Source: a bacterium
GTDB taxonomy: Bacteria; Oederibacteriota; PGYV01; Palsa-1178
Reading direction: 5' to 3'
Assembly: GCA_037138355.1 (NCBI GenBank)
Contig: JBAXIL010000003.1
Coordinates: 13,065-77,064 of the forward strand
DNA: 64,000 nucleotides
Shown here: in pieces, positions 46,860-56,405 of the stretch
How positions within the stretch are numbered: position 1 is the stretch's first letter
How the letters are laid out: each line of letters starts with the position of its first letter
Position numbers and translations under genes: made by a program
Notes under the pieces: model-generated
What the model was told of the DNA's origin: nothing
The model's database searches: none
Seen by the model: only the letters and a program-made list of their open reading frames with translations

Positions 46860-49150
46860 TTATCACCTTTATGTATTTTCCTTTCTCTAAAATATATTAT
46901 CACATAAAATAATATACCAATTAAGGTCAAAAGTAAACCTAAGTAAAACCCATCCTTTGAATAATAAAGTTCTATGTCATGCGTTCCGGTTTTTAAAGGT
47001 ATCCCCATAAAAGCATAATTTACATTATAAATTTTATTTAATTTATTATCAACTTTAGCTTTCCACTCAGGATAGTAAGAATTCTTTACCACCAACATTC
47101 CATCTTTTTCTGTTTCAACAATCATCTTAATCCTATTAGGAGTATATGATTGAATGCCTATCTTATATGATAAAAGATCTGGTGACGGCATCAAATCAAT
47201 GTCATCTTTTATCAAAACTCCCTTAAAATCATAAGTCCCACTTTTCATGTAATTTAATATCTCTTCATTTGTATTATACTTAAATATTTTATCAGTAAAA
47301 ACGATTCTTGGAGAAACAGCTTTGTTACTATAAACTTTAACCTTTCCATCTAACAACTTATATAAACCTGGTATATTTATGTCCTCAGACATTAAGAAAT
47401 ACTTAATATTAAAATAACTATCTGCAGCCAAAATATTGAAAAGTCCTGCTTTCTCAAGTGCTAAATATGATTTAGGTATTAAACCATGTATCCCTTTTAA
47501 CCCTTCTATATCATAGTATATATTTCTATTAGGCGACCAAGAGAACGAGAAATCTGTCATCCTATAGATATCTTTATCCTGCTTTATTGCTATGGCTACT
47601 GGATCAATAACGGGTACATAATTTTTGTATTCCTCATAAATAATAAATTTATTATCAATTCTATGCATATCCACAAAGTTAATAGATGCCAATATTATTG
47701 ATACGAGAAAAATATTCTTTATTTTTTTTGAAATAAAAGCATAAATAATAGCAAGACCAGCTGCTGACACAAAAATAAAATATACTACATCCTGTCTTAT
47801 GCCAGCTAATATATTTCCTAATATTTGCGGTGATATCTGTGTTTTCTTAATAGTCATATATAAGCTACTGACTATCTGTGTTAAGTTATTGCCAATAAAC
47901 ATTATAGATAAGGTAATAAATATAATTCCCATAATGACTGAAATACCAGTCAGAATCTTTAACATAGTATTTTTACTTGCCTGTCCAAAATTAAATATAT
48001 TATTAAGTCCTACTGCTGACAGTGCCATAATAAAAAAAGTAAATACATATAGGAACCGTGATGGATTTCTAAATTGATTAAAAACTGGAATATAATAAAA
48101 TAGCTTGTATATTGGAGTAAAACCACCAAACGAAAGAATAAGAAATAATATAGAGGAAAAAGTCAAAAACTTAGCAAAAGAAGAGAGTTTTTTATCTACA
48201 AAAGCAAAAGGAACAAGCAAAAATGAAATGATTCCAAAATAATAGGTGGTTAGATTAAACGGCATAAACCCATAATAGTTTTCTGCCCTTAAACCGAAAA
48301 ATCGCGGAAGAAAAAATGTCAGTGTTTCAATTGGGTGAAATGACCATGAAACAAAATCACTATAAGTAAAACTCCCTCTCCAAGAATAATCAGTATAAGG
48401 AATAGAAGGTATAAGCTGGAGGGACGCATATATAATAATAGCCAAGGTGCTCAACATAAACAATCCAATTGGTTTTATATAATTAATTTTATTTCTGGCT
48501 TCTATCCAAATTTTGTAAATAGCAAGCATAAGAACTCCCAGATATGTATAGGCCATGATCTGCATACCAGTTGCAAGTATTTGCAAAGCCATAAGCACTG
48601 CTGCATTTAAAAATGGAAGCATTTTTTTATTATCAAAACCCCTTGCTGTAAAATAAAATATAAATGGTATAAGTGCTCCTGCCTTAATATTATTCCAGTG
48701 ACCAACATAAATATACGAAAGCATGAATCCACTTATGGTGAAAGCAACAGCAGAGAAAAAAGCCGCCTCTCTTCTGATACTAAACTGTCTCAAAAATAAA
48801 AACATACCAAGAAATGAAACCAACAGATGAATTAATAGATCAATAGTGTAGGTAAACTGCAGGGGAATAGGTAAAAACATAAACAATAAATCAGTCGGGT
48901 AATAATATAAAAGACTTGAAGAGCCTATCAGTGGCATTCCAAAAAACAAATGTGGCATCCAAAGTGGCAAATCGTGATATTTTACAGCCATTTCCTGAGC
49001 AAATAATTTGAATGGTAAATAAATAGTAAAAAAATCAGTTCCAAATAATATTTTTCCTGGCTGAAGTGCCCCATTAAAAAAAATTAATCCTGTTATAAAA
49101 AGAAATAAACCAATTAACCAGTTTTGTATCTTCTTATTGTCCATCAGCAA
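46856..49150 (-). CDS. YfhO-family GT-C membrane glycosyltransferase (polytopic N-domain plus C-terminal extracytoplasmic domain and final TM).
   Basis: 764 aa, more than 12 TM. C-terminal signature ...NSYYPEWKAKVDNK...VNYAFMGIPLKTGTHDIELYY...LLLTLIGILFYVIIYF matches the YfhO family ending. ATGA overlap with the downstream GT2 and a 17-nt overlap with the upstream UXS-like gene. Confidence 0.72.
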   Translation of the reverse strand: MLMDNKKIQNWLIGLFLFITGLIFFNGALQPGKILFGTDFFTIYLPFKLFAQEMAVKYHDLPLWMPHLFFGMPLIGSSSLLYYYPTDLLFMFLPIPLQFTYTIDLLIHLLVSFLGMFLFLRQFSIRREAAFFSAVAFTISGFMLSYIYVGHWNNIKAGALIPFIFYFTARGFDNKKMLPFLNAAVLMALQILATGMQIMAYTYLGVLMLAIYKIWIEARNKINYIKPIGLFMLSTLAIIIYASLQLIPSIPYTDYSWRGSFTYSDFVSWSFHPIETLTFFLPRFFGLRAENYYGFMPFNLTTYYFGIISFLLVPFAFVDKKLSSFAKFLTFSSILFLILSFGGFTPIYKLFYYIPVFNQFRNPSRFLYVFTFFIMALSAVGLNNIFNFGQASKNTMLKILTGISVIMGIIFITLSIMFIGNNLTQIVSSLYMTIKKTQISPQILGNILAGIRQDVVYFIFVSAAGLAIIYAFISKKIKNIFLVSIILASINFVDMHRIDNKFIIYEEYKNYVPVIDPVAIAIKQDKDIYRMTDFSFSWSPNRNIYYDIEGLKGIHGLIPKSYLALEKAGLFNILAADSYFNIKYFLMSEDINIPGLYKLLDGKVKVYSNKAVSPRIVFTDKIFKYNTNEEILNYMKSGTYDFKGVLIKDDIDLMPSPDLLSYKIGIQSYTPNRIKMIVETEKDGMLVVKNSYYPEWKAKVDNKLNKIYNVNYAFMGIPLKTGTHDIELYYSKDGFYLGLLLTLIGILFYVIIYFRERKIHKGDK

Positions 49151-50075
49151 ACCATTTAATGGTATGGCTTAACCCTTCACGAAGTTTTATTCTTGGTTCC
49201 CAACCAAGCAGTTTTTTTGCCTTTGTTATATCAGGTTTTCTGCGAGTGGGATCATCAGTAGGTAATTTTTTATACACTATTTTTGACTTTGAACCCGTCA
49301 TTTCCTTTATTATTACGGCTGCTTCCTTCACCGTAAACTCATCTGGGTTGCCTATGTTAATAACTTCTCCTGCTAATCCATCTTTAAGCATTGCCGTAAT
49401 TAAACCTTTAACTTGATCAGAAACATAACAAAAACTTCTTGTCTGAGAACCATCCCCATATATAGTCAAATCCAGATTATGCTGGGCCTGCCAAATAAAG
49501 TTTGATATAACTCTTCCATCATCTTTTTGTAACCGTGGTCCATAAGTGTTAAATATCCTAATTATTCTGGCATCTACCTTATGTTTTCTAACAAATTCCA
49601 TAGTTAGAGCCTCAGCAAATCTTTTGGCTTCATCATAACAAGACCTTATACCCACTGGATTTACATTTCCCCAGTAAGTTTCTTTTTGCGGGTGTTCTTT
49701 TGGATCTCCATATGTTTCAGAAGTAGAAGTAATTAAATAACGCGCCTTTTTTGCTCTACAAAATTCAAGTATATTATATGTACCTAAAGAATTTGTAAGC
49801 AAGGTTTCTATAGACTTTGCCTGATAGTACGGTGGTGAAGCATATGAAGCCAAATGAAATACATAATCCACGGCACCTTTTATTTTTATTGTTTTTTGAA
49901 CATCATGTTTAATAAATTTAAAATTTCTATTTTTAATAATTGTTTTTAGATTTGACATTCTACCAGTTCCTAAATTATCAAGGCATATTACCCTGTATCC
50001 TTTTTCAATAAGGTTTTCACATAAATGTGAACCTATAAACCCTGCTCCACCAGCCACAACAACAGTTTTATTCAT
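49134..50075 (-). CDS. UDP-glucuronate decarboxylase (UDP-xylose synthase, UXS/ArnA-C-terminal-like SDR).
   Basis: VVVAGGAGFIGSHLCENLIEKGYRVICLDNLGTGR. YDEAKR catalytic motif. 313 aa. Closely resembles eukaryotic/bacterial UXS. Confidence 0.8.
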   Translation of the reverse strand: MNKTVVVAGGAGFIGSHLCENLIEKGYRVICLDNLGTGRMSNLKTIIKNRNFKFIKHDVQKTIKIKGAVDYVFHLASYASPPYYQAKSIETLLTNSLGTYNILEFCRAKKARYLITSTSETYGDPKEHPQKETYWGNVNPVGIRSCYDEAKRFAEALTMEFVRKHKVDARIIRIFNTYGPRLQKDDGRVISNFIWQAQHNLDLTIYGDGSQTRSFCYVSDQVKGLITAMLKDGLAGEVINIGNPDEFTVKEAAVIIKEMTGSKSKIVYKKLPTDDPTRRKPDITKAKKLLGWEPRIKLREGLSHTIKWFADGQ

Positions 50076-50126
50076 TTTTGCTCCTCATATCATTATGTTA
50101 GATATTTTATTCCAAAAAAAATATTT

Positions 50127-51323
50127 CTAAACAATTTTTAAAATGGCTCCTTTAAGATAAAATGTTTCTGGTATCTGAGTTGAATAAGGATGGTCCTTAG
50201 CCTGAAATAGTTGGGCCTTTAATTCCACTTTGTGATGAAGTTTTCTTGCGGCATCCTTTGCAGATTGTATAAGTTCTGCCATAGAAATGTTTTGTGAACA
50301 CGAAAAAGTAAAAATAACACCATCTTTATTAAGGAGTCTCATAGCTTTCAAATGCAAGTCAAAATAGCCTTTGAGCCCACCTTTTTTTTCTGTTTTACCT
50401 CTAGAAAAAGGAGGTGGATCAATTATGATGACATTATATTTTTCAGCTGCAGCATTTAAGTTCTTCAGTTCATCAAACACATCTGCCTTTACGAGACAAT
50501 AATCTTTTAAATTATTCAATTCCATATTTTTTTCTGCCATTTCTATGGCTTCTGCGGATGAATCTACTCCCTTAACTGATGCCGCCCCAAAATGTAAAGC
50601 GCTCGCGGCAAAACCGCCTGTGTAACAAAATAGATCTAATACATTTTTATCTTTTACATAATTTTTAAGCTTTTCCCTATTATCTCTTTGGTCAAGATAA
50701 AAGCCAGTTTTCGAACCACCTGCTGGATCTACATAATATTGAATATCGTTTTCTGTTATTATAACTGGTTTTATACTTCCTTTAATTGACTTTTCAACCT
50801 TTTCCAGCCCTTCCTTTATTCTTGAGGAAGAAATAGATTTCTCATAAATATGTTTTGGCTTTAATTTTTCATCTATTATTTTAACTATAATATCTTTCAA
50901 TTTATCCATTCCTAAAGTAGTTATCTGAATTACTGCTGTTTTTCCATACATATCCACCACTAACCCAGCTAAAGAATCAGCTTCTGAGTAAATATACCTT
51001 ATAGCATCAGTATTTTTTATCTTATCGCGTTTTAATATTGCTTTACTAATTTTGTCTTCTAAAAGTGCTTCCACACTGCTATATTTATCATATACTTCTG
51101 CAGGAGTCTTTAAGACATCTAACAGTCTGCCTGTAATAACAGACTTTTCATTCATGTAACCTACACCAAGACACAAATTTTCTGAGGTTTTAAAAACGAA
51201 CATGCCTCCATTTTCATACTCTTCTGATATTTCAGCTATTTCATTATCATATACCCATGGATGTCCTTTTAATATTCTATCTTCTTCTTTTGGCTTAAGT
51301 ATTATAATCGGAAGGTTTTGCAT
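50127..51323 (-). CDS. PUA-domain class I SAM-dependent rRNA methyltransferase (RlmI/RlmK-like 23S rRNA m5C methyltransferase).
   Basis: N-terminal PUA (ILKGHPWVYDNEI). VLDLFCYTGGFA motif I. DPPPFS motif IV. 398 aa. Confidence 0.78.
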   Translation of the reverse strand: MQNLPIIILKPKEEDRILKGHPWVYDNEIAEISEEYENGGMFVFKTSENLCLGVGYMNEKSVITGRLLDVLKTPAEVYDKYSSVEALLEDKISKAILKRDKIKNTDAIRYIYSEADSLAGLVVDMYGKTAVIQITTLGMDKLKDIIVKIIDEKLKPKHIYEKSISSSRIKEGLEKVEKSIKGSIKPVIITENDIQYYVDPAGGSKTGFYLDQRDNREKLKNYVKDKNVLDLFCYTGGFAASALHFGAASVKGVDSSAEAIEMAEKNMELNNLKDYCLVKADVFDELKNLNAAAEKYNVIIIDPPPFSRGKTEKKGGLKGYFDLHLKAMRLLNKDGVIFTFSCSQNISMAELIQSAKDAARKLHHKVELKAQLFQAKDHPYSTQIPETFYLKGAILKIV

Positions 51324-51366
51324 TTTTCACCATTTCTTTTTTTTTATTTAAAATCTCTATCATTGG

Positions 51367-53181
51367 CTATTCTACAGTTACCGATTTCGCCAGATTTCTT
51401 GGCTTATCTACATCTATTCCTTTTTTTATACCTATGTAATAAGCCAACAACTGCAGTGGTATAGCAGCGAGCAAAGGATAGTAATCTTCATCTATATCAG
51501 GAATATATATAATATCATCTGCAAATTTTTTCATGGTTTTATTAGATTTGTTTGTTATCGCAATTATTGTACCTGAACGCGCTTTTATTTCCTGTATATT
51601 GCTTATTATTTTTTCATATAACTTGTTTTCTGGCGCCAAAAAAACATTTGGAGTTTTATCATCAACCAAAGCAATAGGGCCATGCTTCATTTCTCCGGCT
51701 GCATATCCTTCAGCATGTATGTATGATATTTCTTTTAACTTCAAAGCACCTTCTAATGCCATTGGATAGTTTATATTTCTGCCGTAATATAGAAAATCTC
51801 TTTGCTTTGCGTATTTAGTAGCTATTTTTTCCACTTTTGCTTTATCTTTTAATATCACTTTAATCAAAGCCGGTACTTTTCTTAAACTCCTCAAACTTTT
51901 TTTCATTTCTTCAGATCTTATTTTTCCATGAATTTTTCCCAAATGAAGACTTAATAAATATAAAACAGCAAGTTGACTAATAAATGTTTTTGTAGCAGCC
52001 ACTCCAATCTCGGGCCCTGCATATGTATAAATGACTCCGTCAAGCATTCTACTTAAAGTGGAACCTACAACATTTACTATGGCAAGTGAATATCCGGCCT
52101 TGTTCTGCATATTTTTAAAAGCTTCTATAGTATCTATGGTCTCCCCTGACTGCGAAACCGCTATCAAGAGTGTATTTTTATCCACAACTGGATTACCATA
52201 TCGTATTTCCGAAGCCACATCAACATAAGTATTTATTCCTGCATGTTTTTCAATTAGATACTTAGCCGTATATGCAGCATGATAAGATGTGCCGCAAGCT
52301 ATAATTCTAATATTATTTATTTTTTTTAATTTATTATCATCTATGCTTTCAAATTTTACGGTATTACCTTCTATTCTTCCTATTATGGTGTCCTCAAAAG
52401 CCTGAGCCTCTTCAGATATTTCCTTTAACATGAAGTGCGGATATCCTGATTTTTCAGCCTGTTCAGCAGTCCATTTAATATCTTTAACCTGTCTTGAAAC
52501 TATTTTACCGTTATTAAATATTTTTACATCTTTTTTTGTAATTATCGCAGCATCTCCATCTTCAAGAAACATTGCTTTTTTTGTATATTTTAAAAATGAA
52601 GGCACATCTGATGCTATAAAATTTTCACATTTTCCTATTCCTATTACGAGTGGAGAACCCTGTCTTGCCGCTATAAGCTTATCAGGCTCACCTGAATAAA
52701 GTATGACCATGGCATACATTCCGCGTATCTGCTTTAAGGCTGCAAATACAGCTTTTTCAAAACCATTTTTTATATTGTCTTCTATAAGATGGGCAAATAT
52801 TTCCGTATCAGTTTCCGAAGCAAACCTGTGATGTTTCTTTTTAAGTTCTTCTTTTAGTTCAAAATAATTTTCTATAATTCCATTGTGGATTATGGTTATT
52901 TTTCCTGAACAATCTATATGTGGATGTGCGTTCTCTTCAGAAGGTTTACCGTGTGTAGCCCAGCGTGTATGACCTATCCCTATTGAACCATTTAAGGCCT
53001 CATTTTCTATTTTAGTTTTTAGATTTTCAAGTTTTCCTTTGCTACGAAAACGAATAAGCTTTCCATTGTCAATAATAGCAATCCCTGCTGAATCATAACC
53101 ACGGTATTCAAGTTTTGAAAGCCCATAAATAATTCTTTCCGAGGCATTCTCTTCTCCTATATAACCTATAATCCCGCACAT
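51367..53181 (-). CDS. glmS: Glutamine--fructose-6-phosphate aminotransferase (isomerizing).
   Basis: MCGIIGYIG N-terminal nucleophile. Two SIS domains. C-terminal ...VDKPRNLAKSVTVE. 604 aa. Confidence 0.96.
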   Translation of the reverse strand: MCGIIGYIGEENASERIIYGLSKLEYRGYDSAGIAIIDNGKLIRFRSKGKLENLKTKIENEALNGSIGIGHTRWATHGKPSEENAHPHIDCSGKITIIHNGIIENYFELKEELKKKHHRFASETDTEIFAHLIEDNIKNGFEKAVFAALKQIRGMYAMVILYSGEPDKLIAARQGSPLVIGIGKCENFIASDVPSFLKYTKKAMFLEDGDAAIITKKDVKIFNNGKIVSRQVKDIKWTAEQAEKSGYPHFMLKEISEEAQAFEDTIIGRIEGNTVKFESIDDNKLKKINNIRIIACGTSYHAAYTAKYLIEKHAGINTYVDVASEIRYGNPVVDKNTLLIAVSQSGETIDTIEAFKNMQNKAGYSLAIVNVVGSTLSRMLDGVIYTYAGPEIGVAATKTFISQLAVLYLLSLHLGKIHGKIRSEEMKKSLRSLRKVPALIKVILKDKAKVEKIATKYAKQRDFLYYGRNINYPMALEGALKLKEISYIHAEGYAAGEMKHGPIALVDDKTPNVFLAPENKLYEKIISNIQEIKARSGTIIAITNKSNKTMKKFADDIIYIPDIDEDYYPLLAAIPLQLLAYYIGIKKGIDVDKPRNLAKSVTVE

Positions 53182-53256
53182 TTTTAAATCCTCCAGAAAA
53201 CCTTTAATTTTAATGCTATTTCAGCACTACTCTCACATAAAAAATTAACTATTACT

Positions 53257-54093
53257 TTAAGAATTATACAGCAAGTCCGCAAGTTTTGCAAAACTTAATA
53301 TGGAAACAGCTTCTGCTCGTGCTTTTATGTCAATGTTTGCTATTTCAAAGGCCTTTTTTAATACTGGCTCACTCATCTCCAGAGTCCGTTTTAAATTATT
53401 CATAAGCATTTTTCTGCGCTGTGTAAATCCCCCACGCGTCACCTTAAAAAAGAACTCTTCATTTATTACTTTTATAGGCTCTTTTTTTTCAAAATCAATT
53501 TCTATAAAAGCAGAATCCACTTCTGGCACTGGAACAAAGTTTTCTTTACCTATCTTTAATAGAACTTTACAATCTGCATAATACTGACAAAAAATTGAAA
53601 GAGAACCATATATTTTTGAACCTTCTTTTGCGGTAATTCTTTCTGCTACTTCTTTTTGTACCATAAGATATGCCTTACTTATAATTTCCTTATTTTCAAT
53701 AAGTTTTTCTATTATAGGAGTAGTAATATAATAAGGTATGTTTCCTATAACTTTTATCTTTTTTTCAAATGCCTGAGGTCCTGCAATTGTCTTTATATCT
53801 GATTGCATTACATCCGCATTGATAAGTTCAATATTTTCTTTTCCTGTAAATTTTGCCTGTAATATATTAAAAGCTTCTCTATCTATTTCTATGGCATGTA
53901 ACTTTTTCACCTTATCTACAAGTTCTAAAGTTAAAAAGCCAGTTCCAGCACCTATTTCTATATAAGTTTCGTCTTTTGCAGGTGCTATCGCTTCGATAAT
54001 CCGCAAGACTTTTTCCTTCTGATGCAGAAAATTCTGACCAAGGCGCTTTTTGTAATGAAATTTCTCTTTTTTAATCTTTTCTTCGTATTTCAA
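53257..54093 (-). CDS. rsmA: 16S rRNA (adenine1518/1519-N6)-dimethyltransferase.
   Basis: RLGQNFL. EIGAGTGFLT. NIPYYITT motifs. 278 aa. Confidence 0.92.
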   Translation of the reverse strand: MKYEEKIKKEKFHYKKRLGQNFLHQKEKVLRIIEAIAPAKDETYIEIGAGTGFLTLELVDKVKKLHAIEIDREAFNILQAKFTGKENIELINADVMQSDIKTIAGPQAFEKKIKVIGNIPYYITTPIIEKLIENKEIISKAYLMVQKEVAERITAKEGSKIYGSLSIFCQYYADCKVLLKIGKENFVPVPEVDSAFIEIDFEKKEPIKVINEEFFFKVTRGGFTQRRKMLMNNLKRTLEMSEPVLKKAFEIANIDIKARAEAVSILSFAKLADLLYNS

Positions 54094-54151
54094 TGTTTAT
54101 CCTTTTTAATTTCTTTAATAATATATTTTGCTATAAACAATAATATCTATA

Positions 54152-55156
54152 TTACTTTTTCCTATTCTTTGCCATTTCTATAGCCGTATAAAATGCAGCA
54201 AGTATTGATAATTCGCTTGCCTTGCCTGTACCTGCTATATCATATGCTGTACCATGGTCAGGTGATGTCCTAATAATAGGAAGCCCAAGCGTGACATTAA
54301 CTCCTGTATCAAAAGACAAAAGTTTTAATGGGACTAAACCCTGATCATGATACATAGCAATAACAGCATCATGAGTTTTATATCGAACTACTTTATCAAA
54401 TAGCGTATCCGCAGGAAATGGACCTTCTAATTTTATACCTTTTGCTTTTGCTTTTTTTATTGCAGGTATAATTATTTTTTCCTCTTCTTTTCCAAAAGCA
54501 CCTTTTTCACCAGCGTGTGGATTAAGTCCGCAAACTGCAATATTAGGCCTTTTAATACCAAAATCCTTTGAAAGTGACTTATCTGTAAGCTCAAAAAGCG
54601 ATGTTAAACCTTTTGCAGTTAATTTTTGAGGTACATTTTTTAGAGCCGTATGTATTGTTGCAAGAATTACTTTTAGTTTCTCACCCATTAACATCATGGC
54701 GTATTTTTTTGTTTTCGTGTAATGTGCAAATATTTCAGTATGCCCAGGGAAATTAATACCTGCTAAGTGTAAGCTATGTTTGTTAATAGGTGCCGTTACT
54801 ACAGCATCAATCTTATTTGCAAGAGCAAAGGCAATTGATTTCTTTATGTATTCAAAAGAAGCTATGCCTGAAACCTTACCTGTTTCACCCAAACTGTAAT
54901 CCTCTGAATTTATCTTTTCCATATCAAAAAGATTTATTATTCCTGTTTCTTTTGATAAATTATTTATATTTTTTATAGGTCTTATTGATATTTTATTTGA
55001 TATCCTTCTCTGTGCACCAAGCATTGGAAATAAATCGCCAATAACGAAAACATCCGCATATTTATAAATATTATGCTTTGCAAACATTTTCACTATTATT
55101 TCAGGTCCGACTCCAGCAGGGTCCCCCATAGTAATTGCTATCTTAAATCTTTTCAA
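54152..55156 (-). CDS. pdxA: 4-hydroxythreonine-4-phosphate dehydrogenase.
   Basis: ITMGDPAGVGPEI. GHTE. TSPDHGTAYDIAG motifs. 334 aa. Confidence 0.9.
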   Translation of the reverse strand: MKRFKIAITMGDPAGVGPEIIVKMFAKHNIYKYADVFVIGDLFPMLGAQRRISNKISIRPIKNINNLSKETGIINLFDMEKINSEDYSLGETGKVSGIASFEYIKKSIAFALANKIDAVVTAPINKHSLHLAGINFPGHTEIFAHYTKTKKYAMMLMGEKLKVILATIHTALKNVPQKLTAKGLTSLFELTDKSLSKDFGIKRPNIAVCGLNPHAGEKGAFGKEEEKIIIPAIKKAKAKGIKLEGPFPADTLFDKVVRYKTHDAVIAMYHDQGLVPLKLLSFDTGVNVTLGLPIIRTSPDHGTAYDIAGTGKASELSILAAFYTAIEMAKNRKK

Positions 55157-55174
55157 GGACTTCTCCTATGTACT

Positions 55175-56404
55175 TTATTTAACTTCTTTTATAATACTTT
55201 CAAAATTAATATTATGCTGTTCACCATTTGCCATATTTTTCAGTGAGTAAACCCCTGATTTTATCTCTGCTTCCCCTATTATGACAACAAACCTTGATTT
55301 TTTTGACTCTGCTTCCCTAAATTGTGATTTAAAACTATTTCCTTCAAAGTTCATAGCGGTCTTTATACCTTGAGCCCTTAATTTATTTAATAAAGTAAAA
55401 CCCTCATTTAGATATTCCTTATCAGAAACAATAAAAACATCAAGTCCTATAACTTCAACAGCTTTACCTTCCGCTGCTAATACCTCTACCATTCTTTCTA
55501 TACCAAGAGCGAAACCAGTCGCTGCAGTTTTCTTTCCACCAAGCTCTTCCACTAAGTTGTCATATCTTCCGCCAGCAAGTATTGTATTTTGCTGCGGTCC
55601 AAGCTTATCTGTAGTAAATTCAAAAACCGTTCCTGTATAGTAATCAAGTCCTCGTACCATTGTAGGATTTTCTACGAAAGCTGTGCCAGTGGAGGTAAGC
55701 AGTTCTTTTACTTTTAAATAATGCTCTGCTGCTTCTGGTTTTAAATTTTGTGTAATAAGTGGTGCGGCTGCAACTGCTTTTTTACAAGCTTCATTTTTGC
55801 AGTCAAGCACTCTAATTGGTACACGCTCAATTTTATTTAAACAATCCTGGCAAAGTAATGATTTTTTCGTCTCTAAAAACTTTTTCAATTTATCATAATA
55901 ACCATCTGCTGCTGCCAAGCAATTTATATTCAAAATACTTCCCTTTATTCCAATGGCTGTGATAATATCCGCTGCCATATTTATAACTTCAGCATCTTTA
56001 TATGGACTACCATCCCCGAAAGACTCAACTCCTATCTGAAAAAACTCTCTATAACGACCTGCCTGAGGTCTTTCATATCTAAACATTTGACCTGAATAAT
56101 ACAAATTGGCTTTTGGACCTAAATTATTCTCTATAAATGCTCTAACTACTGATGCTGTTCCTTCTGGGCGTAAAACTATATGTCTTCCTTTTTTGTCCTT
56201 AAAATCATACATTTCTTTCATAACTATGTCTGAACTTTCACCTATTCCTCGTGTAAAAAGACCAATTTCTTCTATTGTAGGAGTGATTATTAGCCTGTAG
56301 TCGTAGAGCTTAAAAATACCTGAGGCTATTTTTAAAATATTTTCCCAAGCTGGTGTTATTTCAGGCAATACATCCTTGACTCCGCGTAATCGCTGATATT
56401 TCAT
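55175..56404 (-). CDS. hisS: Histidine--tRNA ligase.
   Basis: Class II aaRS motifs (RGVKDVLP, FRYERPQAGRYREFFQ, GGRYD). C-terminal anticodon-binding domain. 409 aa. Confidence 0.93.
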   Translation of the reverse strand: MKYQRLRGVKDVLPEITPAWENILKIASGIFKLYDYRLIITPTIEEIGLFTRGIGESSDIVMKEMYDFKDKKGRHIVLRPEGTASVVRAFIENNLGPKANLYYSGQMFRYERPQAGRYREFFQIGVESFGDGSPYKDAEVINMAADIITAIGIKGSILNINCLAAADGYYDKLKKFLETKKSLLCQDCLNKIERVPIRVLDCKNEACKKAVAAAPLITQNLKPEAAEHYLKVKELLTSTGTAFVENPTMVRGLDYYTGTVFEFTTDKLGPQQNTILAGGRYDNLVEELGGKKTAATGFALGIERMVEVLAAEGKAVEVIGLDVFIVSDKEYLNEGFTLLNKLRAQGIKTAMNFEGNSFKSQFREAESKKSRFVVIIGEAEIKSGVYSLKNMANGEQHNINFESIIKEVK

Positions 56405-56405
56405 T

